In this document: positions 10,168 to 19,669 of the stretch, one piece after another | Position numbering within the stretch: the stretch's first letter is position 1 | Layout: each line of letters starts with the position of its first letter | Origin: an uncultured archaeon | GTDB taxonomy: Archaea; Aenigmatarchaeota; Aenigmatarchaeia; QMZP01 | NCBI GenBank assembly: GCA_964498245.1 | Contig: CAZCGK010000001.1 | Location: 36,581-100,580, forward strand | DNA length: 64,000 nt | Direction of reading: 5' to 3' | The notes under the pieces: generated by a model | What the model saw: only the letters and a program-made list of their open reading frames with translations | What the model was told of the DNA's origin: nothing | Database searches by the model: none | Translations under genes and position numbers: made by a program

Positions 10168-10186
10168 ATTAAAATGGGGGATAAAT

Positions 10187-10516
10187 ATGGAAATAAAGGA
10201 GGAAAGGCTTGTTACCTGGGCTGAAGCAAAGAACATACTTTTGAAGAAGGAAAAAGAGAAAGAACTTGGGTATGAACAGAGAAATGCTCTTGAACATCTA
10301 AGGAAATTTGCAAATCTTTCCGAGAGCAAGGCAAAGGAAATGGCAGAGGAACTGAAAAAAATAGAGAAGTTGAGGGAAAAGCACATAGTTAATCTAATAA
10401 ATCTCCTTCCTCAGGATGAAGAGGAACTCAGGCTTATTTTTGCAAATGAGATAATCACACTGACTGATGAGGAGAAGAAAACTATTCTTGATGTGGTCAA
10501 AAAATTTACGAGTTAA
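10187..10516 (+). CDS. rpoF: DNA-directed RNA polymerase subunit Rpo4/F (Rpb4 homolog)
   Basis: Size, a Rpb4/RpoF-like helical sequence, and a conserved position directly after rpl21e. Confidence 0.7.
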   Translation: MEIKEERLVTWAEAKNILLKKEKEKELGYEQRNALEHLRKFANLSESKAKEMAEELKKIEKLREKHIVNLINLLPQDEEELRLIFANEIITLTDEEKKTILDVVKKFTS

Positions 10517-10548
10517 AGAAATTTAAAACAGGGATTTAATTCTTTACA

Positions 10549-11157
10549 TTGAGCTGTATGAAAGGTGTTTATATGATAGGAAAAAACATCAGAAAGGATG
10601 AATGGGCAATAGTTCTTGATTTCCTATCCCATGGACATGCGGGTATGGAAAGAGCGCAGCCCGTTGCGCAGATTTTGGGAGAGAGATATTTTTCGCTTCT
10701 TGAGGTTATAGTGAGGGATGGTGTTTATCTCAAGGCAGGAGACAGGGTTTATATAGGGGATGGAAAGAGAAATGAAGTGAAATATATACGGGGGAGGCTC
10801 AAAATAGATGATCTTACGGCATTTGCCAAAGAGGAACTTCCAGAAGTTATAGAAAATCTTGTTAAGAAAAATCCTGAAAGATTCATAGAATTTTTCAACA
10901 AGGCTGGAAGCATAACTACAAGGCTCCATCAGCTTGAGCTCCTTCCAGGTATAGGAAAAAAGCATCTATGGGCAATACTCGAGGAGAGAAAGGTAAAACC
11001 CTTTGAATCATTTGAAGATTTAAAGAAAAGGGTCCCTCTCATACCAGACCCTGAAAAAATGATAGTTAAAAGAATAATAGATGAATTGAGTGATAAAGAT
11101 AAATACAAGCTGTTCGTTCCGAGGTTTGATAAGGAAAAAAGGGATAGGTTCAGGTAA
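10549..11157 (+). CDS. DUF655-family nucleic-acid-binding protein (HhH), the conserved partner of rpoF
   Basis: Motifs EWAIVLDFLSHGH and LELLPGIGKKHLWAILEERK (helix-hairpin-helix). It follows rpoF, which is the canonical archaeal neighbourhood. Confidence 0.65.
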   Translation: MSCMKGVYMIGKNIRKDEWAIVLDFLSHGHAGMERAQPVAQILGERYFSLLEVIVRDGVYLKAGDRVYIGDGKRNEVKYIRGRLKIDDLTAFAKEELPEVIENLVKKNPERFIEFFNKAGSITTRLHQLELLPGIGKKHLWAILEERKVKPFESFEDLKKRVPLIPDPEKMIVKRIIDELSDKDKYKLFVPRFDKEKRDRFR

Positions 11158-11248
11158 TGGTATTAGATAAAACAGGAAAGAAATTGTTGTTAGAAATTCG
11201 AACCGGATTTGAAGCACAAATATTCGATGGATTTTAGTTAAAAGCAAA

Positions 11249-11493
11249 TGGGCCCGCTGGGATTCTCGTTGCCAAATCCTCTCTTCATGTGAATATTATT
11301 TGGATGTTTTCTGTTAACGCTTTTGCGTAAGCAAGCGTTAATTTACATATTAACCTTTCTTTGTGGAAGCGGTAGCTCCCGTAAAGAAAGGTTATTTCGA
11401 ACCCAGGACCTCCCGCTAGCCTAGCACTCACCGGACCAGAACGTCCGGTGGTCATATAAGACGGGCGCTCTAGGCCAGCTGAGCTACGGGCCC
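11249..11493 (-). tRNA. tRNA gene interrupted by two introns. Predicted mature tRNA is 75 nt with anticodon UAU (probable tRNA-Ile reading AUA). Exons are at 11455-11493, 11396-11417 and 11249-11262; introns are at 11418-11454 (37 nt, anticodon loop 37/38) and about 11263-11395 (about 133 nt, T-loop 59/60).
   Basis: Hand-assembled cloverleaf on the minus strand. Acceptor GGGCCCG/CGGGCCC + A73. D arm GCTC-AGCTGGCCTA-GAGC. Anticodon stem CCCGT/GCGGG, loop CTTATA+A. Variable region AGGTC. T arm CTGGG-TTCGAAT-CCCAG. Intron 1 has a bulge-helix-bulge-like geometry (4-bp helix CTTA/TAGG flanked by 3-nt bulges) and an internal 8-bp hairpin CACCGGAC/GTCCGGTG. Intron 2 contains a 9-bp hairpin TTAACGCTT/AAGCGTTAA. 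No encoded CCA; a T-tract follows A73. An upstream TTTTTAAAA lies roughly -30. Confidence 0.75.
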
Positions 11494-11670
11494 CTGTCTA
11501 AAATTTATTGGAAATGCAGTTTTAAAAAAGCATTTGATTTACTGGAGTATAGAAAAATTTAAAAATACAAATGATAGTATATTCTTTACCCTTGACTGGT
11601 TTTGTACAGAGTATTGAAGCATTAGGGGTGTTATGATTATACATTATATAAAAATTAAGAGGTGATAGAT

Positions 11671-13314
11671 ATGACCAATTCCGTTCAGCTTGCAGGACAG
11701 CCTATTTTAATATTACCTGAGGGTACTGTTAGAAGTAAAGGCAGAGATGCCCAGAGAACAAATATTGCAGCAGCAAAGGCTATAGCAGATACTGTTAAAA
11801 CAACTCTGGGCCCGAAGGGAATGGATAAGATGCTTGTGGATTCTCTAGGAGATGTGGTGATAACCAATGATGGGGCAACGATACTCAATGAGATGCAGAT
11901 AGAACATCCCTCAGCAAAAATGATGGTGGAAATAGCAAAGACACAGGACAGTGCGGTGGGAGACGGAACAACCACAGCGGTTGTTCTGGCAGGTGAGCTT
12001 CTGAAAAAGGCAGAAGATCTTTTGGAACAGGAAATACATCCAACGGTGATAACCAAGGGTTTCAGAATGGCAAAACTCAAGGCTCTGGAGGTTCTGAATA
12101 AGATTGCAATGGATGTAAGTATAAAGGATGAGAGCATGCTCGAAAAGATTGCGGAAACAGCTATGACAGGTAAATCCTCTGAAAAGGCTTCTAAAGAGCT
12201 TGCAGCACTTGCGGTAAAGGCTATAAAGAGGGTCGCGGAGATAAAGGATAATGAAATAGAGATTGACACAGATAACATAAAGCTCGAAAAGAAGGAAGGT
12301 GGTTCAATCAATGATACAAGACTTATCGATGGTATAATAATAGACAAGGAAGTTGTTCATCCAGCAATGCCCAAGAGGGTAGAGAATGCAAAGATAGCGC
12401 TGATAGATTCTGCTATGGAGATTAAGGAACTTGAAGGGGATGCAAAGATAAGCATAGACTCTCCGGAGAAAATGCAGGCATTTCTCGAGGACCAGGAGAG
12501 AACGCTAAAGAATATGGTTGATAAGCTTGTAGAGGTAGGAGCTAATGTTGTGCTCTGTCAGAAGGGAATAGATGACACAGCACAGCACTATCTTGCCAAG
12601 GCGGGAATTCTTGCTGCAAGAAGGGTAAAGAAATCTGATATGGAGAAGCTCGCAAAGGCAACAGGAGCAACAATAGTTACAAACATCAAGGAACTTGAAA
12701 AGAAGGATCTTGGATATGCAGGGATTGTGTATGAAAAGAAAGTTGCAGGAGATGAAATGATATTCATAGAAAAGTGCAAGGAGCCCAAGGCAGTGACAAT
12801 TCTTATCAGAGGTGGAACGGAGCATGTTGTTGATGAGGTTGAAAGAGCAATGCAGGATGCTGTTAAGGGAATAGCAGCGGCTCTGGAGCTCGGTAAGGTT
12901 GTCGCTGGTGGTGGTGCAAGTGAAATAGAAATATCCAGAGAGGTCAAGAAATATGCGGAGAGTTTCTCCGGAAGAGAACAGCTTGCAGTGAGTGCGTTTG
13001 CAGAAGCTATGGAGGCAATACCCAGAACACTTGCAGAGAATGCAGGCCTGGACCCCATCGATAAACTGGCGGCACTCAGAGCAAGACATGATAAGAACGA
13101 GGTCAACATCGGTCTGAACGTGTTTTCCGGAGAGATAGAGGACATGACAAAAATAGGTGTGATAGAGCCTCTCAAAACAAAGCTTCAGGCAATAAAGTCT
13201 GCATCAGAGGCAGCAGAAATGATACTGAGAATAGATGATGTGATATCAGCAAGCTCTTCAGAAAAGGGAGGTAGTTCAGGACACGGCGGACCCAGTGAAA
13301 TGCCCGAGTATTAA
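11671..13314 (+). CDS. ths: Thermosome subunit (group II chaperonin)
   Basis: [18 protein letters not shown] and GDGTTT motifs, GGGA... and a C-terminal GGSSGHGG tail. The start was moved to ATG 11671 (MTNSVQ...), which follows AAGAGGTGAT. The ORF track extends upstream to a GTG. Confidence 0.9.
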   Translation: MTNSVQLAGQPILILPEGTVRSKGRDAQRTNIAAAKAIADTVKTTLGPKGMDKMLVDSLGDVVITNDGATILNEMQIEHPSAKMMVEIAKTQDSAVGDGTTTAVVLAGELLKKAEDLLEQEIHPTVITKGFRMAKLKALEVLNKIAMDVSIKDESMLEKIAETAMTGKSSEKASKELAALAVKAIKRVAEIKDNEIEIDTDNIKLEKKEGGSINDTRLIDGIIIDKEVVHPAMPKRVENAKIALIDSAMEIKELEGDAKISIDSPEKMQAFLEDQERTLKNMVDKLVEVGANVVLCQKGIDDTAQHYLAKAGILAARRVKKSDMEKLAKATGATIVTNIKELEKKDLGYAGIVYEKKVAGDEMIFIEKCKEPKAVTILIRGGTEHVVDEVERAMQDAVKGIAAALELGKVVAGGGASEIEISREVKKYAESFSGREQLAVSAFAEAMEAIPRTLAENAGLDPIDKLAALRARHDKNEVNIGLNVFSGEIEDMTKIGVIEPLKTKLQAIKSASEAAEMILRIDDVISASSSEKGGSSGHGGPSEMPEY

Positions 13315-14672
13315 GCTTTTTGATTTTTTTCTATCTCCTCTTCTACCATATGTATAAATCTCTCTTTCATTTCTTTGAGGTTTTCCTCTGTATCTGCCTC
13401 CACTGTTATTCTTATCACAGGTGATGTATTCGAGGGTCTTATCAGAACCCAGCCGTTTTCAAGGTCAACTCTCACTCCATCAATTGTTGTAACTCTTGTG
13501 TATTGAGACCTTATTTTTTCAGTTATTTTTTTCATTATCTGGAATTTTCTTTCATCATCACATTCAAGGTTTATTCTCTCGAACGGATATCTGGGAATTT
13601 GTTTTACAAGCTCTGATAGAGGTCTGGATTTTTTCGAGAGAATGCAGGCAAAAAAGAAGGAAACCGCAAGAGAATCATCATAAGGCAGGAGGGATGGTAT
13701 GACAAAATGGCCGCTGGTTTCAAGTCCGAAGCTTGCTTTTTCCTTCATTACAGCTTCCATAAGGAATGTGTGACCGACTTTTATTCTCTTCACATCTCTC
13801 CCGAATTTTTTTGCGATAAAATCTATTGTCCTTGTGCATTCTACATTTGCAATAATCGGGCCTTTTTCTTTCTGCAATATCTCCTCAAGCATTATGAAAG
13901 ATGCTTGTTCTACGGAAAGTTTCTCACCCTTATCATCAACAACAACCATTCTGTCTCCATCACCGTCATAGGCTATTCCCAGATCCGCATTTTTCGAGAG
14001 CTCTCTGAGCTTTTCCAGAGGATCTTCCAGAGGGTCTGGCAATCTGTTCGGAAAGTTTCCATCAGGCTCATTAAATATGGTTTTTACCTCAAACTCTGCT
14101 TCTTTAAAAATCTTATCTGCCACAACACAAGCGGCTCCGTTTCCGGGATCAAGAACGAGCCTTAAAGACCTTTCTGGTTTTATTTTAGAAAACAGATAAT
14201 CTTTATAATCTTCGATTATGGAAGATGTTTTCTCTTTTTTTAGAGTTCCCTTTCCTGAGCTGAAGTCTTCTTTTAAGAATATCTCTTTTATTTTCTTGCC
14301 TTCCTCTTCCATGAATCCTATACCGTTTCCGTGAAAGAATTTCACGCCTGTCCATTCTTTTGGGAGGTGCGAAGCTGTTATATAGGCAAAGGGCAGATTT
14401 TTTCTCCATGCATGAAACATACCTGTTCCTAATGGAAGCGCACCCACATCTATGACATTTTTTCCGGATTTGAGCACACCCTGAACGAAAGCCTCCTTCA
14501 TTTCCGGGCTTCCTATTCTGAAATCCCTTCCAACAACAGCTGTGTTTTCCTCTATATAAGAAGCAAAGGTTCTGCCTATTCTTTGCATGATATCTTCATC
14601 GATATCCTTTTTGTATATTCCCCTTATGTCATATGCACGGAAAATTTTCACGGTTTCGCCTCCTTTCGGCAA
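13311..14672 (-). CDS. Phosphoglucosamine/phosphomannomutase family protein (archaeal GlmM/PMM-PGM)
   Basis: Active-site Ser loop ITASHLP, metal-binding DGDGDR motif, 453 aa. Confidence 0.8.
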   Translation of the reverse strand: MPKGGETVKIFRAYDIRGIYKKDIDEDIMQRIGRTFASYIEENTAVVGRDFRIGSPEMKEAFVQGVLKSGKNVIDVGALPLGTGMFHAWRKNLPFAYITASHLPKEWTGVKFFHGNGIGFMEEEGKKIKEIFLKEDFSSGKGTLKKEKTSSIIEDYKDYLFSKIKPERSLRLVLDPGNGAACVVADKIFKEAEFEVKTIFNEPDGNFPNRLPDPLEDPLEKLRELSKNADLGIAYDGDGDRMVVVDDKGEKLSVEQASFIMLEEILQKEKGPIIANVECTRTIDFIAKKFGRDVKRIKVGHTFLMEAVMKEKASFGLETSGHFVIPSLLPYDDSLAVSFFFACILSKKSRPLSELVKQIPRYPFERINLECDDERKFQIMKKITEKIRSQYTRVTTIDGVRVDLENGWVLIRPSNTSPVIRITVEADTEENLKEMKERFIHMVEEEIEKNQKA

Positions 14673-15370
14673 ACAAAAAATACAGATTTTTCACCTATTT
14701 TGAGCGTTTTCTTTCTCGAAAGATATTCTTCAAGTCTTCTCTCCATTTCTTTTGTAAATCTCTTTTTCTCCTCAAACACTATCTCCTTTTCGAAATATTT
14801 CTTAGCCTGGGATTTGTTTTTGAAATGATACCATGTTGAGAGCTTACTTTCCTTGACATTTCCGAACTCTTTTTCCAAAACCTGCTTGAGTTCTTCCCTC
14901 TTTTTCTTTATTCTCGATTTCTTTTTGGGTGAGATATAGTCTAGGATGCGAACAAACTCGCTTGTTTCGTCAGCCTCCTCTATCAGGAGTGTTCCTTTTG
15001 TTTTAAGGATTCTTTTCATCTCCCGGATGATTTTTCTCTTGTTCTTCTCGTAATGCAGACCGGCCCAGAGGGAAATCACAACATCAAAACTTTCTTTAGG
15101 AAAACCGGTTTTGGAAAGCGGTTTTGCAAAAAATTTGATTTTTTTGCTTTTCTTTCTGCAATAGCTTATGAGTTTTTTATTTTGGTGGATAGCGGTAACA
15201 GGTTTTGCATATTTAAGGAGTTTGAAAGAAAAGTGCAGAACACCGTATGTTCCTGTTATCAGGATATCTTTATTCTCAGGTTTTGCAAGTTTAAGTATTT
15301 TTGACAATTCTTTATTTTCAGGATCGTATTCCTTAATCGAATACCATCTATCAAGCTCTTTCAGGTTCAT
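14648..15370 (-). CDS. Class I SAM-dependent methyltransferase (type 11-like)
   Basis: Rossmann-like DILITGTYGV and VVISLWAGLHY...ILKTKGTLLIEE, with a lysine-rich C-terminal tail. Confidence 0.45.
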   Translation of the reverse strand: MNLKELDRWYSIKEYDPENKELSKILKLAKPENKDILITGTYGVLHFSFKLLKYAKPVTAIHQNKKLISYCRKKSKKIKFFAKPLSKTGFPKESFDVVISLWAGLHYEKNKRKIIREMKRILKTKGTLLIEEADETSEFVRILDYISPKKKSRIKKKREELKQVLEKEFGNVKESKLSTWYHFKNKSQAKKYFEKEIVFEEKKRFTKEMERRLEEYLSRKKTLKIGEKSVFFVCRKEAKP

Positions 15371-15451
15371 ATCTTTAAGGTAATTTCATTCTAGTTAATA
15401 AAAATTCTGTCTACAATTTAGTTAAATTTAATTTACTTAAACTATTAAATT

Positions 15452-15507
15452 TTAGTTAATTATAATTGACTAAAAATTTTAAATATTAGTCAATTATAAT
15501 TAACTAA
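15452..15507. promoter_or_regulatory. 56-bp near-perfect palindrome: two 22-bp perfectly inverted copies (TTAGTTAATTATAATTGACTAA / TTAGTCAATTATAATTAACTAA) separated by 12 bp, ending 1 bp before the ATG of the AAA ATPase gene. Two further TAGTTAA motifs lie at about 15392 and 15419.
   Basis: Direct reading. The second copy equals the reverse complement of the first. The element sits in the divergent intergenic region between 14648-15370 (-) and 15509-16945 (+). Confidence 0.6.
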
Positions 15508-15508
15508 T

Positions 15509-16945
15509 ATGGAACGGGAATTACTTCATACTTATTTGAGAAAAAGCATATCTCTGGCACCGGAGAGATTGAGAGAGTATGTTGTAGATATACATGGAAG
15601 GGATTTTTTTCACCGCTGGGTTTTTTACAGATTGAAAAAGCTTCTCAATGATTTTATTGAGAAAAAATCCGAAAACAGATGGATTCTGCTTCCGGGCATG
15701 AGAGGAACAGGAAAGACCACTCTGCTGGCACAGGTATATTTCTACCTTATGGAGAAAAAAATACCCCAAAGCAATATTTTGTATCTATCTTTAGATGAAG
15801 TTACAAAATTGCTTGATTCAGATCTCAATGAAATCATCTCGGTTTATGAGGAATTTTTGGGTAAAAACCTTGAATCTCTGGATAGAAATGTGTTTTTGCT
15901 CATAGACGAAGCCCATTATGATAAAAACTGGGCAATTACTCTCAAAACCGTGTTTGATAGAACGAGAAAGATATTTATTATAAGCACGGGTTCCTCCTCC
16001 TTATCATTACAAACAGGTTCAGATATTGCAAGAAGAGCACAGATTGAAAAGGTTCTTCCCCTGAGCTTCACAGAATATATAATGCTTAAATACAGAATTC
16101 TGCCAGTGCAGAGGTTGAAATCCAAGCTGGAAGATGCTGTGTTTTTTTCCAGAAATGCAGAGGAGGTCTTTATTCGGCTGAAAGAAATAGAGAATAAAAC
16201 AAAAAAGTATCTTGCATTAGTAAAACCTCTTGAACTTCAGGTGTATCTGAAAACAGGAACGCTTCCATTTGCTTTAGGACTATCAAACGAAATCGATGTG
16301 TACAGTAGAATTATCAATATTCTGGAAAAGGTAATAAATGAGGATATACCGGCAATAAAGGTATTTGATAAGGAAGTTCTTGACAAAATATGGAATCTAT
16401 TGCTTTTGTTTTCAGTAAGCGAAAAACTCAATTATGAATCTATCTGTAATAAACTCGATATATCCAAACCAACCCTGAATGAAATACTGAATGTTCTAAC
16501 AAAGGCTGAACTTATCTATCCTTTAAGACCGTATGGATCTGTGGGAAAAATCGTGAGGAAAACACCAAAATACAAGTTCATTGCTCCTGTTATAAAAGCA
16601 GCTTTACTTTGGCATGTAGGAAAATTGGTGCACACACCGGACTTATACGGTCAGCTTCTTGAGGATGTGATTTCCTTCTATTTTTACAGGATAAACCAGC
16701 TCAAAAAGATTTTTGGTGTTTATTATGATGTTGAAAAGGAGGGTGCCGATTTCATACTCACGCTTAATGATGGTTCAAGGATTGTGGTGGAGGTTGGTTA
16801 TGGACAAAAGGGGATAAAACAGATTAGAAAATCGGGGAAAAAGGTTGAACCGAAGTACAGCGTTCTTGTCTCGGAAAGAGAGCTGAATGTAAATACAGAA
16901 GAAAACACAGTATTTATTCCAAAACAGATTTTTCTTCTTATTTAG
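15509..16945 (+). CDS. AAA+ superfamily ATPase (COG1373-like, AAA_14 + DUF4143 architecture)
   Basis: Walker A GMRGTGKTTL, Walker B LLIDEAHY, 478 aa. Confidence 0.65.
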   Translation: MERELLHTYLRKSISLAPERLREYVVDIHGRDFFHRWVFYRLKKLLNDFIEKKSENRWILLPGMRGTGKTTLLAQVYFYLMEKKIPQSNILYLSLDEVTKLLDSDLNEIISVYEEFLGKNLESLDRNVFLLIDEAHYDKNWAITLKTVFDRTRKIFIISTGSSSLSLQTGSDIARRAQIEKVLPLSFTEYIMLKYRILPVQRLKSKLEDAVFFSRNAEEVFIRLKEIENKTKKYLALVKPLELQVYLKTGTLPFALGLSNEIDVYSRIINILEKVINEDIPAIKVFDKEVLDKIWNLLLLFSVSEKLNYESICNKLDISKPTLNEILNVLTKAELIYPLRPYGSVGKIVRKTPKYKFIAPVIKAALLWHVGKLVHTPDLYGQLLEDVISFYFYRINQLKKIFGVYYDVEKEGADFILTLNDGSRIVVEVGYGQKGIKQIRKSGKKVEPKYSVLVSERELNVNTEENTVFIPKQIFLLI

Positions 16946-18230
16946 AGCCCCTTTCCATCTCGAGAAGCTCCTTTGCCCTGGAAACCGATATGTTTCCTTC
17001 CTCTATCATCTTTTGCGCTATCCTGTTTATTTCATCTCCTGTTGCTCCTGCTGTTACTGCTATGTTCCTTGCGTGAAGACGCATGTGACCTTTCTGTATG
17101 CCTTCTGTTGCGAGGGCGCGCATGGCTGCAAAGTTCTGGGCAAGACCCACTGCAGCGATAACCTCGGCAAGTTCTTGGCTGGTTTTTACTCCAAGGATTT
17201 TAAGCGAGAGTTTTGCTAGGGGATTTGTTCTTGTTGCTCCACCAACAATTCCTACAGCAATCGGAAGTTCTATTTCTCCCGCAAGATTTCCATTCTCGTC
17301 TTTCCAGTATCTTGTAAGGGGTTTATATCTTCCGTCTTTAGCGGCATAGGAATGCGCTCCTGCCTCCACAGCGCGGAAATCGTTTCCCGTTGCTATCAGC
17401 ACAGCATCGATACCGTTCATTATGCCTTTGTTATGTGTTGTGGATCTGTACTGGTCTGCCTCTGCGAATGCATAGGCCTCGAGTATAGCATCCACAACCT
17501 CTTCTCCCTTCATACTTCCCTTCACGCTCTCTTCCAAGGCTTCCTTGGTCCATACTGCCCTTGCCCTGGCAATCCTCCTATCCGCAAGGTTCGAGATTAT
17601 TCTGAGCCTGACCTTGCCTTGAGAGGCTTCTTCGAGGATGGGTGCAACCGCCTCTGCCATGGTATTTACGGCATTAGCTCCCATTGCATCTCTTACATCC
17701 ACAAGAATGTGAACAACAAGCATGATTCCTGCTTTGGTTTCAAGCTCTCTTATCTCAATATCCTTTGCACCACCACCGAACTTCAGAAGGGTTGAATCCT
17801 TTTTGTTGCACGTGTCAAGTATCTCCTGTTTTCTCTTCAAAATCTCGGATTTTGCTTTCTCTATATCAGGAATATCAACAATCTGTACCTGACCTATCAT
17901 AACAGGGTCTGTAGAACTTGTTTTAAAACCCCCTCCGGGTCTTGCGAGCTTGGCAGCGTATGAGGCGGCAGCAACTACTGAAGGTTCTTCCAGAACCATA
18001 GGGATAAGATAATCCTTTCCGTTTATCAGAAAATTTGTGGCAATACCCAAAGGGAGGGAAAATGTTCCTATAACGTTCTCTATCATCATATCCGCTGTTT
18101 TCAGGGGGAGATTCCCCTCTTTTTTCAGAATCTGGATTTCATCTTCTGAGAGATTTGCGAACTCCTTTATTTTTTCCAATCTTTCCTCTATGCTCAGCTT
18201 GTAAAAACCGGAAATGTTGGAAGTTCTCAT
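16938..18230 (-). CDS. hmgA: 3-hydroxy-3-methylglutaryl-CoA reductase (class I)
   Basis: DAMGANAVNTMAEAV, GTVGG-like and HMRLHARN-like catalytic motifs, 430 aa. This is the mevalonate pathway enzyme for archaeal isoprenoid lipids. Confidence 0.9.
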   Translation of the reverse strand: MRTSNISGFYKLSIEERLEKIKEFANLSEDEIQILKKEGNLPLKTADMMIENVIGTFSLPLGIATNFLINGKDYLIPMVLEEPSVVAAASYAAKLARPGGGFKTSSTDPVMIGQVQIVDIPDIEKAKSEILKRKQEILDTCNKKDSTLLKFGGGAKDIEIRELETKAGIMLVVHILVDVRDAMGANAVNTMAEAVAPILEEASQGKVRLRIISNLADRRIARARAVWTKEALEESVKGSMKGEEVVDAILEAYAFAEADQYRSTTHNKGIMNGIDAVLIATGNDFRAVEAGAHSYAAKDGRYKPLTRYWKDENGNLAGEIELPIAVGIVGGATRTNPLAKLSLKILGVKTSQELAEVIAAVGLAQNFAAMRALATEGIQKGHMRLHARNIAVTAGATGDEINRIAQKMIEEGNISVSRAKELLEMERGSK

Positions 18231-18313
18231 GTTTTTGCCTCAGGCTTATTTTAAAAATTAAATTTAATAAGGTTATCCATTTTTTAAATATCTTTTTCTT
18301 TCAATTCTAATGA

Positions 18314-19246
18314 ATGGTGTATCTCCTAGAGAAAATCCGGAGAATGAACCCAAAAAGAATTTTTCTTCAGATTCCAGAGGGTCTTAAACCAAAAGCTCAG
18401 GAACTTGCAAAAAGTTTGGAAAAAACCGGCGCTAAAGTTTTCCTTTCCATAGAGCCTTGTTATGGTGGGTGTGATATCAGGGATTCCGAAGCAGAGAGGC
18501 TGGGATGTGACCTTATCGTGCATGTGGGGCATTCAGATTTCGGTATAAAAACAAGAGTGCCTGTGATATATGAGGAATACAGAACTGAGTTTGATCCCGT
18601 GCCTGTTCTGGAAAGGGAGATAAAGATTTTTGAAGGTTTTAAGAGCATAGGTTTGATAACCACCGTGCAGTATCTTTCAAGTCTGGATAAGGCAAAGAAG
18701 TTTCTTGAAAAACACGGTAAAAAAATCTATATAGGAAAACCGAGGCTTGCCAAGTATCCTGGACAGATTTTGGGATGCGATTATTCTTCTGCAAAGTCGG
18801 TGGAAAATCTTGTGGATTGCTATCTTTATATAGGCACCGGAGAGTTTCACCCTTTGGGTCTTGCCATGGAAACAGAAAAGCCTGTTTTTTTCCTGAATGC
18901 TGAATCAGGAAAAATCAAAAGGCTTGAAACGAAAAAATACAGGATTCTTCGGGCTTTGCAGGTGGAAAAGGCAAAAGAGGCAAAGAACTTCGGAATTTTC
19001 GTTTCCACAAAACCGGGTCAGGCAAGACCGGAGCTTGCGGAAAGGCTTAAAAACATGCTCGAAATAGCTGGAAAGAATGTATGGATTCTGGTTGCAGATG
19101 AGATTTCTAAGGCAAAGCTTTTAGGCCTGAACATAGAGGTTATTGTAAACACAGCATGTCCGAGGATAAGAGATGACTGGAAGGCCTTGGGCATAACCGT
19201 GATAAATCCAGAGGATGTTGAAGAGGTTGTGAAAGAGAAGGTTTAA
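18314..19246 (+). CDS. dph2: Diphthamide biosynthesis enzyme Dph2 (2-(3-amino-3-carboxypropyl)histidine synthase)
   Basis: Archaeal Dph2 length (310 aa), conserved Cys-containing segments (PCYGGCD, GCDYS, NTACPR). Confidence 0.7.
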   Translation: MVYLLEKIRRMNPKRIFLQIPEGLKPKAQELAKSLEKTGAKVFLSIEPCYGGCDIRDSEAERLGCDLIVHVGHSDFGIKTRVPVIYEEYRTEFDPVPVLEREIKIFEGFKSIGLITTVQYLSSLDKAKKFLEKHGKKIYIGKPRLAKYPGQILGCDYSSAKSVENLVDCYLYIGTGEFHPLGLAMETEKPVFFLNAESGKIKRLETKKYRILRALQVEKAKEAKNFGIFVSTKPGQARPELAERLKNMLEIAGKNVWILVADEISKAKLLGLNIEVIVNTACPRIRDDWKALGITVINPEDVEEVVKEKV

Positions 19247-19263
19247 ATTTTAATTCAGAAAAG

Positions 19264-19521
19264 GTGAAAGAGATTGGAAAGAGGGATAGAAATATAATAG
19301 CTATTATCCTCTTTGGAAGCTCGCTTAAAAGAAAGGGAAGGGATATAGACCTGTGTTTTATTATGGAACCTGAATTGAGCAAAAGAAAGCTTCTAGAAAA
19401 GAGAATCGAATATGCAGGAATTCTTGGAGACAGATTTGATGTTCAGATATTTCAGATGCTTCCGCTTTACATAAGAATCAGAGTCCTTAAGGAAGGAAAG
19501 ATTGTATTCTGGGGAAAATAG
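19264..19521 (+). CDS. Minimal nucleotidyltransferase (MNT/Pol-beta superfamily; type VII antitoxin-like)
   Basis: Motif LFGSSLKRKGRDIDLCFI (GS...D.D) in an 85 aa protein. Confidence 0.6.
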   Translation: MKEIGKRDRNIIAIILFGSSLKRKGRDIDLCFIMEPELSKRKLLEKRIEYAGILGDRFDVQIFQMLPLYIRIRVLKEGKIVFWGK

Positions 19522-19669
19522 ATCAACTTGAAGGTATCTTAAAGAATTGAAGGAGATAGTGCCAGAGGATTATGAGGAATACATGAACTCAAAGGAAAAG
19601 AAAAGGGCATGAAGAAAAAATTAAAGGATTTTAAGGATTTTATGAATGAGGTGAGAAGAGTTCTGAAAT

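Noticed and set aside
11418-11454. Alternative splice registers for the anticodon intron, giving anticodon UAC (Val) or NGC (Ala)
   Set aside because: Only the canonical 37/38 register gives a 4-bp central helix with two 3-nt bulges. The acceptor stem has G3:C70, which excludes Ala identity. UAU is retained, with uncertainty.
11158-11670. Integrated mobile element at the tRNA locus
   Set aside because: No integrase, transposase, direct repeats of the tRNA 3' end, or compositional shift is visible on either side. The flanks are conserved housekeeping genes.
11685-13175. Minus-strand ORFs of 194-220 aa inside the thermosome gene
   Set aside because: They are low-complexity (Ser/Ile/Leu-rich) and have no motifs. 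They sit antisense to a strongly supported chaperonin CDS.
16973-17795. Plus-strand ORFs overlapping hmgA
   Set aside because: Antisense to a well-supported HMG-CoA reductase. The products are Cys/Leu-rich low-complexity with no motifs.
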